A DNA stretch of 64,000 nucleotides from Basidiobolus meristosporus CBS 931.73. Its lineage: Eukaryota; Fungi; Basidiobolomycota. The position numbers and the translations under genes are program-made. This document shows, in pieces, positions 36,737-47,091 of this stretch. Every line of letters starts with the position of its first letter. Position 1 is the stretch's first letter. The notes under the pieces were generated by a model. The model searched no databases and was not told the DNA's origin. It saw only the letters and a list, made by a program, of their open reading frames with translations. The stretch is taken from contig MCFE01000077.1 in the NCBI GenBank assembly GCA_002104905.1, positions 1-64,000 on the forward strand. Reading direction: 5' to 3'.

Positions 36737-38913
36737 ATGAAACGTGTAGCGCAACTTGCCTTACTCTCAACTCTTCTTACCCTTTCCCATGCCACAGTGA
36801 CCCTCAACAAGGTCGATCCACTTCTAGGGGTCCCTGAATCGAGTTAGTAACCCAGCCTTTCCTCCTTCTGTTTTCCTTATTCACCGCCCATTTTGCCTTT
36901 ACCATATAGAGAAAGCACTCTACACCTCAGTGGAGGGCACTTTCCGTTGCCTGGATGGAAGTAAGACCATCCCCTATCACTCAGTGAATGACGATTACTG
37001 CGATTGCCCTGATGGGTCTGATGAGCCTGGAACCTCGGCCTGCCCCAACTCCACCTTTCACTGCAAAAATCTCGGCCACATGCCGCTAGAGATTAGCTCT
37101 TCCCGCGTCAACGATGGGGTCTGTGACCCGGAATGTTGCGATGGCAGCGACGAGTACAACGGATTCATCGAGTGCCCCAATATATGCGAGGAGGTTGGCC
37201 GGAAATACCACGAGGAAATGTCCGAGAGAAACCGCGTTCAGTTGGAGGGAGGAAAGGTCAAGGCTGGATACATCGCTACCGGCACCAGGTTGAAGAGAAC
37301 CCGGAAGGCGGAACTCGCCCACTTGAAAAATAGGTTGGTCGAACTGACCAGCAAAGTGGAAGAATTGAAAGGTAGACGTTCGGCCCGCTTTCAACACATG
37401 CAGTACCGTCAAGGTGTACCTAACCACTTACCTTTCAGCGGTCAAGGATAAGATGGAGGAGGAGGAGAAGTACGCCAAGATCAACTGGAAGCAGAGTACG
37501 TAGTCTGGCCAGTCGCACCTTCCCCTTGTGTGCTTTCGCTGTGCTTAACCAGATAATTGACCAATCAACCCATCAATCTAGAGTATGCTCAGAAGAAGAG
37601 AAAGAGTGCAGAGAAGATCACAAGTCTTCGGGATCGGATCCAGCTTTTGGAGGGTCAGATCGACACGTTGACCGGCATCCTAAAGGACTTGAAGGAGAAC
37701 CACAACCAAAACTACCACGACCTCGCCGTGAAAAGCGCCATCTCAGGGTACGATGAGTTCACCAGTGCACAGGATTCAGCAGCCTACTTCGAAGACTACG
37801 ATTACGACGAGGACGACCTGGATGTGGTTGAACAGGAGGAAGAGGACGAGGTGGCCGAAGAATCCAATGGTAATACCGCAGTTGCTTTAATGTATATTGT
37901 ATGGGGGAACCGAGGGTAACCACTAGACTTATTCTTCGTATATCTCTCTACCGTCACTTGCGACATCATTGATAGATCATTGGTTTGGGCGACTTCTCGC
38001 GCCAGTACAGGATCAATTAAATCATGTCGCTCGTTTCGTTGGGTTGGGCTCCAAGGTTAATTTGGGTGCCTATCGTGGCAAGTTTAGCGGTGGATGATCT
38101 CTTTCTTGGTTTGGACTCGAGATTTCCGTACTCATCTAGATTTCGGTTTTTTTTCTACTTTCCAGATGCCAAGGAGGCTAGGGAGGCCTACGAGAAAGAG
38201 GACAGGGAGAAGTCCGAGGTGGAGGGCAAGATCCAGGACCTTGAGCGTAAATTGGGGCTAGATTTCGGCCTGGAGGAGGAGTTCGCCGAGCTTGCTGATC
38301 AATGCTTTGACTACAACACCGGAGAGTAAGTTCCGTACTTGGCCATGCCATCTCGGCCAATCTTGCCAGGTCTGACTGCTCTTATCTTGCTAGGTATACA
38401 TACGAAGTGTGCATGTTCGGCTCGGCCACCCAAAAGAGTAACAAGGACTTCAACTCGGTCCATCTAGGGTACGCTTGCAACGTGGCTAGATAGTCTCTCC
38501 ACCCCACTAACTCGCTTCACCATCAAGGAAATTCTCTCGTTGGAGCGACAACGAAAGCTCTCACCCCGATCATTACAAGGAGCAGGTTTATGACCAAGGA
38601 GTTAGATGTTGGAACGGCCCTGAGCGTTCCTTGAAGGTAGTCCCCCCTCTACGCCAAGCTTGTCCGTCGCAATCAGATCACTAACTCTACTCCAAAGCTC
38701 TACCTAACCTGCGGTGCTCAGAATGAGGTCACCTCGGTCACCGAGCCCGAAAAATGTGAATATCATATGCACATGCGTTCCCCAGCGGTCTGTGACACCA
38801 TCAAGGAAGCCGACGCGAAGTCCAGTCATCCTGAGGAGCCAACGAATGAAAGCGAGAGTACCGGAGCCAGTTTGGAAACCAGCTCCTCTGCAATCGAGCA
38901 TGACGAGTTGTAA
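36737..38913 (+). CDS. GTB1: Glucosidase II beta subunit (PRKCSH)
   Basis: Signal peptide, CLDGSKTIP...VNDDYCDCPDGSDEPGTSAC, VNDGVCDPECCDGSDE, coiled coil, MRH domain (YTYEVC...QGVRCWNGPERS...EPEKCEY), and C-terminal HDEL*. Confidence 0.95.
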
Positions 38914-39547
38914 ATTGTGGAGGGAAAGTTCTACGCCAGGGCCTAACCCCACCCCACCCCCACCTCTCATCTCCCACTTCCCCTATGCGCCATTCTTATT
39001 CGCATTCGCCATGCGCGGCTGTTGCTTCTTATTAAACCAGGATTCACCACGATCCGAATCTCCCATTAGTGAACTGTATGGCGCATTCCCATGCGTCGCC
39101 TGATCTGTCTATAATAAATGAACCAAATGAACGGAATTCGGTTAGATGGCTGTACCACGGGTGCGTCATATTGGCCAGGAATCCACACAGACGAGGTCGG
39201 GTGAGACAAATTGGGGTTTCAAGTGTGGAGGAGCAGCTGAAATATCTACGACGCTTCTCGGTGCGTAAGGTTGCCTAAGGTCTAAGGCCCCATGCGTATC
39301 TCTCCATGGTCGGAGCACGGAGATCCCCGTTGATCATCAATTGGGCCATTTCCGGTCCTAGCCGCACCAAAGAGTGCGATGCAGGAGTTGAGAGCGAGTT
39401 TGTTGCTGATAACGCCGTGTGATAAGGGATTGTTCGATGGAGTGGTTTGACGTCGAAGGGAGCTTATAAGAGGCTACGTCCCCCGGTGGCCATTACTCAA
39501 CCAAAACACCTACTCTAGGGGCATCTCGTAGCTAATCTTGACGAACT

Positions 39548-39907
39548 ATGGATTCTGACTGGTGTACTGTATGCGGTCAGCATGTGGAGACCCCGGGACA
39601 CTTGTATTGCAGCGCGAATTGCCGGGAGAAAGATCAGGTGCAGTGGGTCAACATCTCCTCGAATCCCCACCCCCATACCGGCATGACGGCTACCACGCAG
39701 GCGCGTTCCGATCTACGCTTCCATATAAACTACCATCTCACCCAACCACAATCCCACCTCCAGCTGCAACTTCAACCCCAACCCCAACCTTCACCTCTAT
39801 CGCTGGATTCCCCGTATTTCCAACTGAAGCTCTACAAGAAAACCACGGCGTTTCGATCGGTGGATCTCCATCTAAGGGGCCACACCGCGAAAGCGGTGGC
39901 CCGGTAA
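39548..39907 (+). CDS. Ecl1/2/3-family zinc-binding protein (lifespan regulator-like)
   Basis: MDSDWCTVCGQHV...LYCSANCREKD (Cx2C...YCSxxC) followed by a low-complexity Q/P tail. Confidence 0.7.
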   Translation: MDSDWCTVCGQHVETPGHLYCSANCREKDQVQWVNISSNPHPHTGMTATTQARSDLRFHINYHLTQPQSHLQLQLQPQPQPSPLSLDSPYFQLKLYKKTTAFRSVDLHLRGHTAKAVAR

Positions 39908-40006
39908 TCTATCCGAATCCCAAGCTACCCAACCCAAACCCAAACCCAAACCCAACTCAATGTAAATAAACCGATCCGTTTACTTCGTTCTCACAATACA
40001 TCGGGC

Positions 40007-41185
40007 TCACTTCAAATAAAAACTGGGCACCCAGTACTCGTCCTCCGGCTCCGCCTGGCTATCCACCCAGCAGAGGCCATCCTTGAGTAAGTTAGACTGC
40101 GAAAGGGTTAGTCGGGGAGAGGGGAAGGTGGCCCGGTAGGGTTATGCGACATGAAGGCTTACCATGACGCTGGTTACTCGCTCCTTGGGCCAACCGAAGA
40201 TATTCTCCACCGCCGACGCGTTCACGTGGGAGGATTCCTGCAAACTGGGTGAACACCTTGATACCCACCGGGCTGGCACTACGCGACACAGCTTACCTGG
40301 GCCAGGGCCAGCACTTCCGACTGGTCCTTATTGAGTTCCCGGGGAATGGACTGTACCATCTGACGTTCTCCGATGCGTATGATCCCAAACCCACTGCCGA
40401 GTGGGCTAAGAGTCTTGATGGCACGCACGATATCCTCCCTGAGGAAGGGGAAGGTGAGAGGGTAGGTGGGTGAGTACACTCCTAAGGGGCGCGAGCGGAG
40501 GTGGGTTGAGATGACTTACTTGGTGATCTCCTGGCTGTTCTTTCCCCTAGACTGTTCGACCATCTTCTGAAGCTCTTCCAGGTCTATCAGGCCCCCGTTC
40601 ATGTCCCGAGTCGCCATGCAGGCTTGAATGATCTGAATTCCCAATTCGTAGTAGAAGTCGCCCACACCGAGTAGCTCGCCCCAGAAACCCTTGTTGGCTG
40701 AAGGGATAGGTGGTGGGTTAATGGGTTGGTTCCAGTTAGGGGAGAACCCCGTTACGAAACAAACGTACAAGCCAATGGGTCGATCCCGATGTTGTTGCAC
40801 ATGCGTTGAAAATGCATACGAAAGGTCGGGTCTTTTCTTATATCTTTGCGGTGCTTGTGTGCGAATTCCTCCAGGTTCGTCCTAAACAGCTCCAACTGGC
40901 TTTGCATCTTCGACCGTCTGGTGGTTAGTGTGGTTTTGGGTAGGGGGTCGGTTCCCCCGGTAGGTCAAAGCTCGTCACTACCTGTTCGATTTGGTTGCTC
41001 GCGATCACGTTACCGACCTCCCGAAATTGTTCCTGGTGGGGAGAGAAGGGGTAGTTGAGCAAACACGTATTTCTTCCCCCGTCTTCTCGAACCTTTCCTC
41101 TTTCCACCCCTCCGTTGCCCTAAAGGCTTACCTTGGTTTGCGCTTGTCGCTGCAGACCTGAGATGCCGACTCCACGACGACGCAT
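40007..41185 (-). CDS. SNF8: ESCRT-II subunit Vps22/Snf8
   Basis: MRRRGVGISGLQRQ, NKGFWGELLGVGDFYYELGIQII, NGGLIDLEEL, DIVRAIKTLSPLGSGF, QSIPRELNKDQ, GLCWVDSQ...YWVPSFYLK*. Confidence 0.95.
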
Positions 41186-42139
41186 ATTGTTCTCCCCGTT
41201 TGCTGCTGTCAGTGCTACCTTTGTCAGAGGGGGCCACCCACCTCGTTTAAATAGGTACCGAAATCGTTGGGTCCACCACCCAGCCCTTCGTTGGTGATTG
41301 GTTGTTGCGTCCCTCGTCCCTGCTTCCGATCTCAATTTGGTGATTAAGGTCGTTTCGCTGCCAGGCGTGATGGGTGGATTTCGTTGAAGCTTGCGTAGGA
41401 TACCTACACAGTTACATTTGACGGAAGCTTCTTGAGAGCACGTCACCATTCAATGGCACCAGTACCAACCATTTGTACCACCAATAGACTGTATAGCTAT
41501 ATTGTGCCTCAAGATATATAGACAATGCTATGCTCCAGAAATCTCTTCTACACTAATACTAATCTCATCCTTACCCTTGATACATGGCCAGCTGCATAGC
41601 CATCCTGTTGTGTTTATAGCTCCTGTTGTAGAGGTGTGGGATTGGAGGGGGGCAGTGCTTGAAACTACCAGCTGCTTATCAAAGATTGAGATATGTTCTA
41701 TGACTGGATGCCTTACCCACCATTGTCCATGATGAATAGTTCACCAAGTTTGGTTTTTGGAAATGTTCCAGATTGCCAAAACAACCCATATCGCTGGAGA
41801 GATGGTGGAGATCAGAGGCTGAGATGGAAATTGACTAAAGTGTGAGAGGCGGCCACGAGCGGGGAAGGCTGTTGCCTCTTTACCTGTAACCCTAATATCG
41901 TCTCCAGAGCAGGCGAATGCAGAACTTGTACTATTGATCATCGTGTTAAGTGAAAAAGGAGGAAAAGTATAGGCTAGCGGCACGCAGACATTGTAACAAA
42001 GAAAAGCTGGCATGGTTCTTAGTCTGGCTTTATTCGAAGGCACATGGTGTTCAAACGGGATAACAGCACAGCGTGTGGAATTGAGCGAGTTTGAAAAAAA
42101 CGTGGACACGAATGCCCATGACTGCTGGGTAACCGGCTA

Positions 42140-43378
42140 CTATGCGCAAACAGGTTGGGCGTCTGGGAAGAAATCGGTACAAGTGTTGCTACAGCATAAC
42201 CAGGGTCTCCACTTTTCACAAGGACCACCGCTCGGTGTACACGACGGTACTTGGCATTTGCCAGACACACATACGTTACCATCACAGCAACCGATGTCGG
42301 AAGAGCTATCACAAGGATTACCGAGTGATACGCACAGCACTCGGCATGTTCCCCACAAACATGAAGTGTCCCCACAGCAACCAATGTTGAAAGGCCCACC
42401 ACAGAAACCACCATCTGGTGCACATGGCACCTGACATTTACCAGACACACACGTATTGCCATCGCAGCAACCGACGTTGGATGAACCGCCGCAGGAACCA
42501 CCGGCTGGAGAACATGGCGCTTGACATGTACCAGATACACATTGGTTGTCGTCGCAACAACCAGTATTGGAAGAACCGCCACAAGAGCCCCCGGCTGGAG
42601 AACATGGCGCTTGACATGTACCAGATACACATTGGTTGTCGTCGCAACAACCAGCATTGGAAGAACCACCACAAGAGCCCCCGACTGGAGAACATGGCGC
42701 TTGGCATTTACCAGACATACATATATTACCATCACAGCACTTTTGCTTGGGACTACAGGACTGGCCGAGAGGAGAGCATGCTGGTTGGCACTTGCCAGAC
42801 ACACACAAGTTGCCATCACAACACTTGTTTTTGGAGCTACAAGACTGACCGAGAGAAGAGCATGCCGGTTTACACTTACCGGACACACACAAGTTACCAC
42901 CACAGCACCAGTGGTTCGAACTGCAAGACTGGCCGAGAGGAGAGCATGTTGGTTGGCACTTGCCATACACACACGAGTTGTCATTACAGCACTTCTTTTT
43001 GGAGCTGCAAGATTGGCCGAGAGAAGAGCATGCCGGTTTGCACTTCCCGGACACACACAAATTGCCACCACAGCACCTACGGTTAGAGCTGCAAGACTGG
43101 TCGAGAGCAGAGCATACCGGTTGGCACTTGCCCGACATGCATGAGTTACCGTCACAGCACTTCTTTTTGGAGCCACAAGGCTGTCTGAGAGGAGAGCATG
43201 CTGGTTGGCATTTACTAGAGACACAAATAATATCCTTGGTGCATGGTTTAAGTGTGCCCTTGAAATAACATGCACCGTTGATGTTCAAGCACGGCTCTGA
43301 GGTAGATGCTGAGGCCTGCAAGGCGCTGACAGCCCAAACCCATACTGTTACTATGACAACACGGAGGTGGATCCTCAT
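42140..43378 (-). CDS. Secreted tandem knottin-like repeat protein, paralogue 1 (412 aa, 13 modules)
   Basis: Signal peptide MRIHLRVVIVTVWVWAVSA, one 5-Cys degenerate module, six 28-aa modules C-x6-C-x5-CC-x4-C-x4-C, five 30-aa modules C-x6-C-x7-CC-x4-C-x4-C, and one terminal C-x6-C-x7-CC-x3-C-x10-C. The ATG was chosen by conserved context with the paralogues; the ORF track's upstream start is a TTG. Confidence 0.9.
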   Translation of the reverse strand: MRIHLRVVIVTVWVWAVSALQASASTSEPCLNINGACYFKGTLKPCTKDIICVSSKCQPACSPLRQPCGSKKKCCDGNSCMSGKCQPVCSALDQSCSSNRRCCGGNLCVSGKCKPACSSLGQSCSSKKKCCNDNSCVYGKCQPTCSPLGQSCSSNHWCCGGNLCVSGKCKPACSSLGQSCSSKNKCCDGNLCVSGKCQPACSPLGQSCSPKQKCCDGNICMSGKCQAPCSPVGGSCGGSSNAGCCDDNQCVSGTCQAPCSPAGGSCGGSSNTGCCDDNQCVSGTCQAPCSPAGGSCGGSSNVGCCDGNTCVSGKCQVPCAPDGGFCGGPFNIGCCGDTSCLWGTCRVLCVSLGNPCDSSSDIGCCDGNVCVSGKCQVPSCTPSGGPCEKWRPWLCCSNTCTDFFPDAQPVCA

Positions 43379-43563
43379 ACCGTCGACTTGATTTGTGATG
43401 ACAAGTTGAGTATGCGGCACTATAAAGATCAGCGCAGTTAGCAATAACAAAAGAAAAATACGGCCGATGTTAAACGCCCTATGGACAGGAGGATGATGGA
43501 TCAACTAGGGTTTAGCGTGATGGTGTGCTGTGAGCTCTTGTGGAATTGGCAGAGTTTGGGAGA

Positions 43564-43749
43564 CTTTTTTATAGGAATCGTTGGGAGATTCTCTATGGAG
43601 TAGGGAAGTGGAATGCCCAACTGGTTTATAGCCAAGATGTAACGGTTGAAGGGAAAAAACCGTCTAGACATGGACTAACCGCCTTTGATCTAACCATATT
43701 CCCCTACTAACGACTTGATGGGAGACAGACCCGGTTTTGAATCTCGATT
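43564..43749 (-). promoter_or_regulatory. Putative promoter of paralogue 1: TATA box plus conserved upstream block
   Basis: TATAAAAAAG on the minus strand (43564-43573). The block AACCGC.TTTGATCTA.CC...CCTACTAA.GAC...GGTTTTG.ATCTCGATT (43677-43749) is shared with the paralogue 4 upstream region. Confidence 0.6.
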
Positions 43750-44329
43750 TTGTGTTAGCCCGTGTTGGTTTGTATCCGGAGTCAGCTTCAATTAGGTTGA
43801 TTACCAGCGGAATGGAGACGAAAACTGGGTACGCCAGCAAAGGTCATCTAAATCATCAAGGGGGGGGGGGCATCCTCCTGGTTGGAAGGGACGTGGTACA
43901 AATTTAACGCTTAAAGAATCCGATTTGGGAAAACCAATATCAATGATGGGTTGTTGACTGAATCAAGTTGGGGAGGGACCACTAGGGTGTATGTTGTAAC
44001 TGTAGTCCCCGTCTTACAGGCGTAAGATTGTGATCTAGTCTATGACTGGAAGCCTTACCAGTCCTTGCCTGTAAAAATATGGTACGGTTGATGCGTGAAA
44101 TCTAGTCCTTAGTGCTAGCAATCCGTCGCAATTACGGGACAAGATGCCAATTCCAATAGCCCCTGCTGATTATTTGTCCATTATCCTCCTGGCCACCTTC
44201 CCACTAAAAGTCCTTTTTGTACTCCAATAATCAACCGGAATTTGGTCTTCTTTCTCAACAGTGTAGAGCCAATATAGTTGACAGACTTACTACACCCCAC
44301 CCAGATCCCTGATTATGGAACGTTGAACA

Positions 44330-44971
44330 TGCGCCGGGATCTCCCAAATCACAAGGACCGCCACTCGGTGTACACGTGACTTGACATGTCCCCGACACAC
44401 ATATGCTACTACCATAACAACCGATGTTAGAACCACCACCACACGAGCCACCGGCTGGTGCACATGGCGCTTGGAATTTACCAGATACACATGTATTGCC
44501 CTCACAACACTATCGTTTGGAGCCACAAGCCTGGCTTAGAGCAGAGCATGTCGGTTGACGTTTACCAGGCACACAACTGTAGCCATTACAGCACTTCTGT
44601 TTGGTGCTACAAGTATGACCGAGAGAAAAGCATGCTGGTTGGCGCTTTCCAGACATGCACAAGTTGCCATCGCAGCACTTGTTTTTGGAGCTGCAAGACT
44701 GACCGAAAGGAGAACATGCCGGTCGGCACTTGCCAGACACACAATGGTAGCCATCACAACACTTCTTTTTGGAGTTATAACACTGGCCGAGAGGAGAACA
44801 GACTGGTTGGCATTTACCAAACACACACAAGTTGCCGTCGCAGCACTTGTGATTGGAGCTGTAAGGCTTCCCAAGCGCAGAACATGCCGGTTGGCATTTA
44901 CTAGAAGCCTCCAAAGCGCTGACAGCCCAAGCACATACTGCTAATATTACAACAAGGAGGTGGGCCTTCAT
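44330..44971 (-). pseudogene. Knottin-repeat paralogue 2, pseudogene
   Basis: Signal peptide MKAHLLVVILAVCAWAVSA. In-frame TAG at 44510-44512 where paralogues have a Lys-type codon, and the frame continues with B and terminal modules. Several framework Cys are replaced (Y, R, R, F, Y) and the last module breaks off after GACS. Confidence 0.85.
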
Positions 44972-45058
44972 ACTGTCGACCTGATTTGCGATAGCAAGCC
45001 GAGTATGCGACACTGTAAAGAGCAGAACTATTAGTAGTGATCCTATTAACAACGGACA

Positions 45059-45240
45059 AAGGCTGTTACTGCTTTATGTATAGCCTTAGTACCATCTTCA
45101 GGGCAGGGGACTGCTTGATTCGTACCATTGATCATCATATTGTCAAGTGAAAAAGGCCGTAAACTATAGGCTAGCACCATGTAGATTTTATAAAAGCGAA
45201 AGGCTAGCATATTTCTTAGTCTGCCTTTATTTAGAGACGT
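45059..45240 (-). terminator. Conserved 3' flank of the knottin genes, including an AATAAA poly(A) signal
   Basis: Homologous to 41865-42040 and partly to 46960-47040. AATAAA (minus strand) occurs at equivalent positions 42029-42034, 45226-45231 and 47025-47030. Confidence 0.55.
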
Positions 45241-45290
45241 GGATTTCAAAAGGGATATCGGCACAGCATGAGGAACTGAGTGGGCTACTA

Positions 45291-45806
45291 TCAGGCGCAA
45301 ACAGGTGGGGCAGGAGGGTTGAAATTGGTGCACGTAAGGCTGCAGCACGCCCCGGGGTTGCCCAAATCACAAGGACCACCGCTCGGTGTACACGGTGCTT
45401 GACATGTACCAGATACACAAGTGTTACCACCACAACAACCGATGTTGGAAGGGCCGCCACAGGAGCCACCAGCTGGTGCGCACGGCACTTGGCATGTACC
45501 AGATACACATTCGTTGCCATCACAGCACTTACTATTGGAGGGACCACCACAGGAGCCACCGGTTGGTGTGCATGGCACCTGACATATACCAGACACACAT
45601 GTGTTGTCTTCACAGCACTTGCGTTTGGAGCTACAAGATTGGCCTAGAGGAGAGCATGCTGATCGGCATTTGCCATACATACATGAACTGCCCTCGCAGC
45701 ACTTGTGTCTAGAGTTACAAGAATGACCGAGGGAAGAGCATATTTCCAAAGCGCTGACAGTCCAAAGACATACGGCCACTATCGCAACAAGGGAATAAAT
45801 CTTCAT
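45291..45806 (-). CDS. Secreted tandem knottin-like repeat protein, paralogue 3 (171 aa, 5 modules)
   Basis: Signal peptide MKIYSLVAIVAVCLWTVSA, then 2 A, 2 B and 1 terminal module; all framework Cys intact. Confidence 0.88.
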   Translation of the reverse strand: MKIYSLVAIVAVCLWTVSALEICSSLGHSCNSRHKCCEGSSCMYGKCRSACSPLGQSCSSKRKCCEDNTCVSGICQVPCTPTGGSCGGPSNSKCCDGNECVSGTCQVPCAPAGGSCGGPSNIGCCGGNTCVSGTCQAPCTPSGGPCDLGNPGACCSLTCTNFNPPAPPVCA

Positions 45807-47091
45807 ACTATCGACTTATTTGTGAAGGAATAAGGAGCTAGACGATGGAAATGAAGAGGACTCTATGTATTGAAGTGGAGAGTTTCGGCGACTCATTTAT
45901 AGTGACTATCGGGAGGTTTTTCATGCAAGTGGAATATACGATCATTTTCTTGCTGCTGTGCAGGTGCAAAGATTCAAGGGTGACAGTATTGTCATTGTAC
46001 AGCCTCTTTTGATCCAACCCTTTTTTGCCTACTAATGACTCAGGAGACCAAACTAATTTTGCTTTGGTGCTATCCCACAATCTTTCATGCATTGCTCCCC
46101 AGGTTTTCGGTAACATGGTGTAAGCTAGATTCAGGGGAGGGTTTTTCGATAATAAAGATATGTTACTAGTATTGTTCTGGGAGTGAAATGTCCGCATACT
46201 CTCCCTGATTGTTACCCACGTATTATGGTTTCGTACCTTCGCGGGATTGTTGCTATGCCAAATGCTGTCCTTAACATTGTTGTAGACGCTCATTGATCCT
46301 ACGCTGTGGGATACCCCCAAAGACCATGGTGACCAGCAATATTTTTTTCTGAAGCATATTGATTCGTTAAGTATACAGGCCCTCATATATTCTTTTTCTC
46401 TGTAAAATTCCAACTTGATCAACCCTATAATATTCACAAAAGTGTTAAGCCTAGCCATCATCTATTCGAAGAGTCTTCAGCAAAGTAGAATTTGTGCTGG
46501 TTTTTTAACGGAGCATTATGAAGCATATTGCAAAGAGATGAACACTACCAGAAAATCCAAGAATAATCAGATTCTGAAGCTTTCAATAGAGTATACTAGG
46601 TGCTACACAATCCGAAAAAAATCCCTAAATTTTGAGGAGACTCAAGAGCAGGAGCAGCGATGACCAAGCGTGATAGGACTGCTGCAGGTTAGCTTTCGGA
46701 TGAAGATCAATTACCAAGCATACGGCCAATGCAAAGTGGTTCAGAGGTGCTAATACCAAGCCCAGAGCTCTGGTGCAGTTAGTCAAGAACTCAGGTTTGA
46801 GGAGCTGTAATTAGCTTATTTTGATAGCTCCAGTCGTACAGGCATGAGATCCAGGCACTATCCAGTTGACCAAGCATCATACACCTCTCCACATACCTTA
46901 ACTTAAGTATCTTCAATAAAAGATGCGGATTTCACCCTTAGTCAATTAAAAAAGGTCATAAACAATAGGCCAGAGGTGCACAGGTTCTATGAAAAGGAAA
47001 GGCTAGCATGTTTCTTAGTCTGTCTTTATTTAAAGACATATGGATTCCAAAAGGGATATCGGCACAGCATGAGGAACTGAGTGGGCTACTA

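Noticed and set aside
39926-39956. (CCCAAA)n run resembling a telomeric repeat
   Set aside because: Only about four units in the shared 3' region of Ecl1 and SNF8; best treated as a simple microsatellite.
42019-43275. Long alternative-frame and antisense ORFs over the knottin genes (also 42418-43086, 44458-44944, 45147-45712, 46956-47693)
   Set aside because: They are shadows of the repetitive Cys/Gly/Ser codon pattern, which lacks stops in other frames. They have no signal peptides or independent motifs.
43379-43504. Hydrophobic N-terminal extensions on paralogues 1 and 2 in the ORF track
   Set aside because: They begin at TTG, not ATG. The downstream ATG context (..GTC(G)AC/T.GT ATG A(A/G)G) is conserved in all four paralogues and is followed by a normal signal peptide, so the extension is T-rich 5' UTR.
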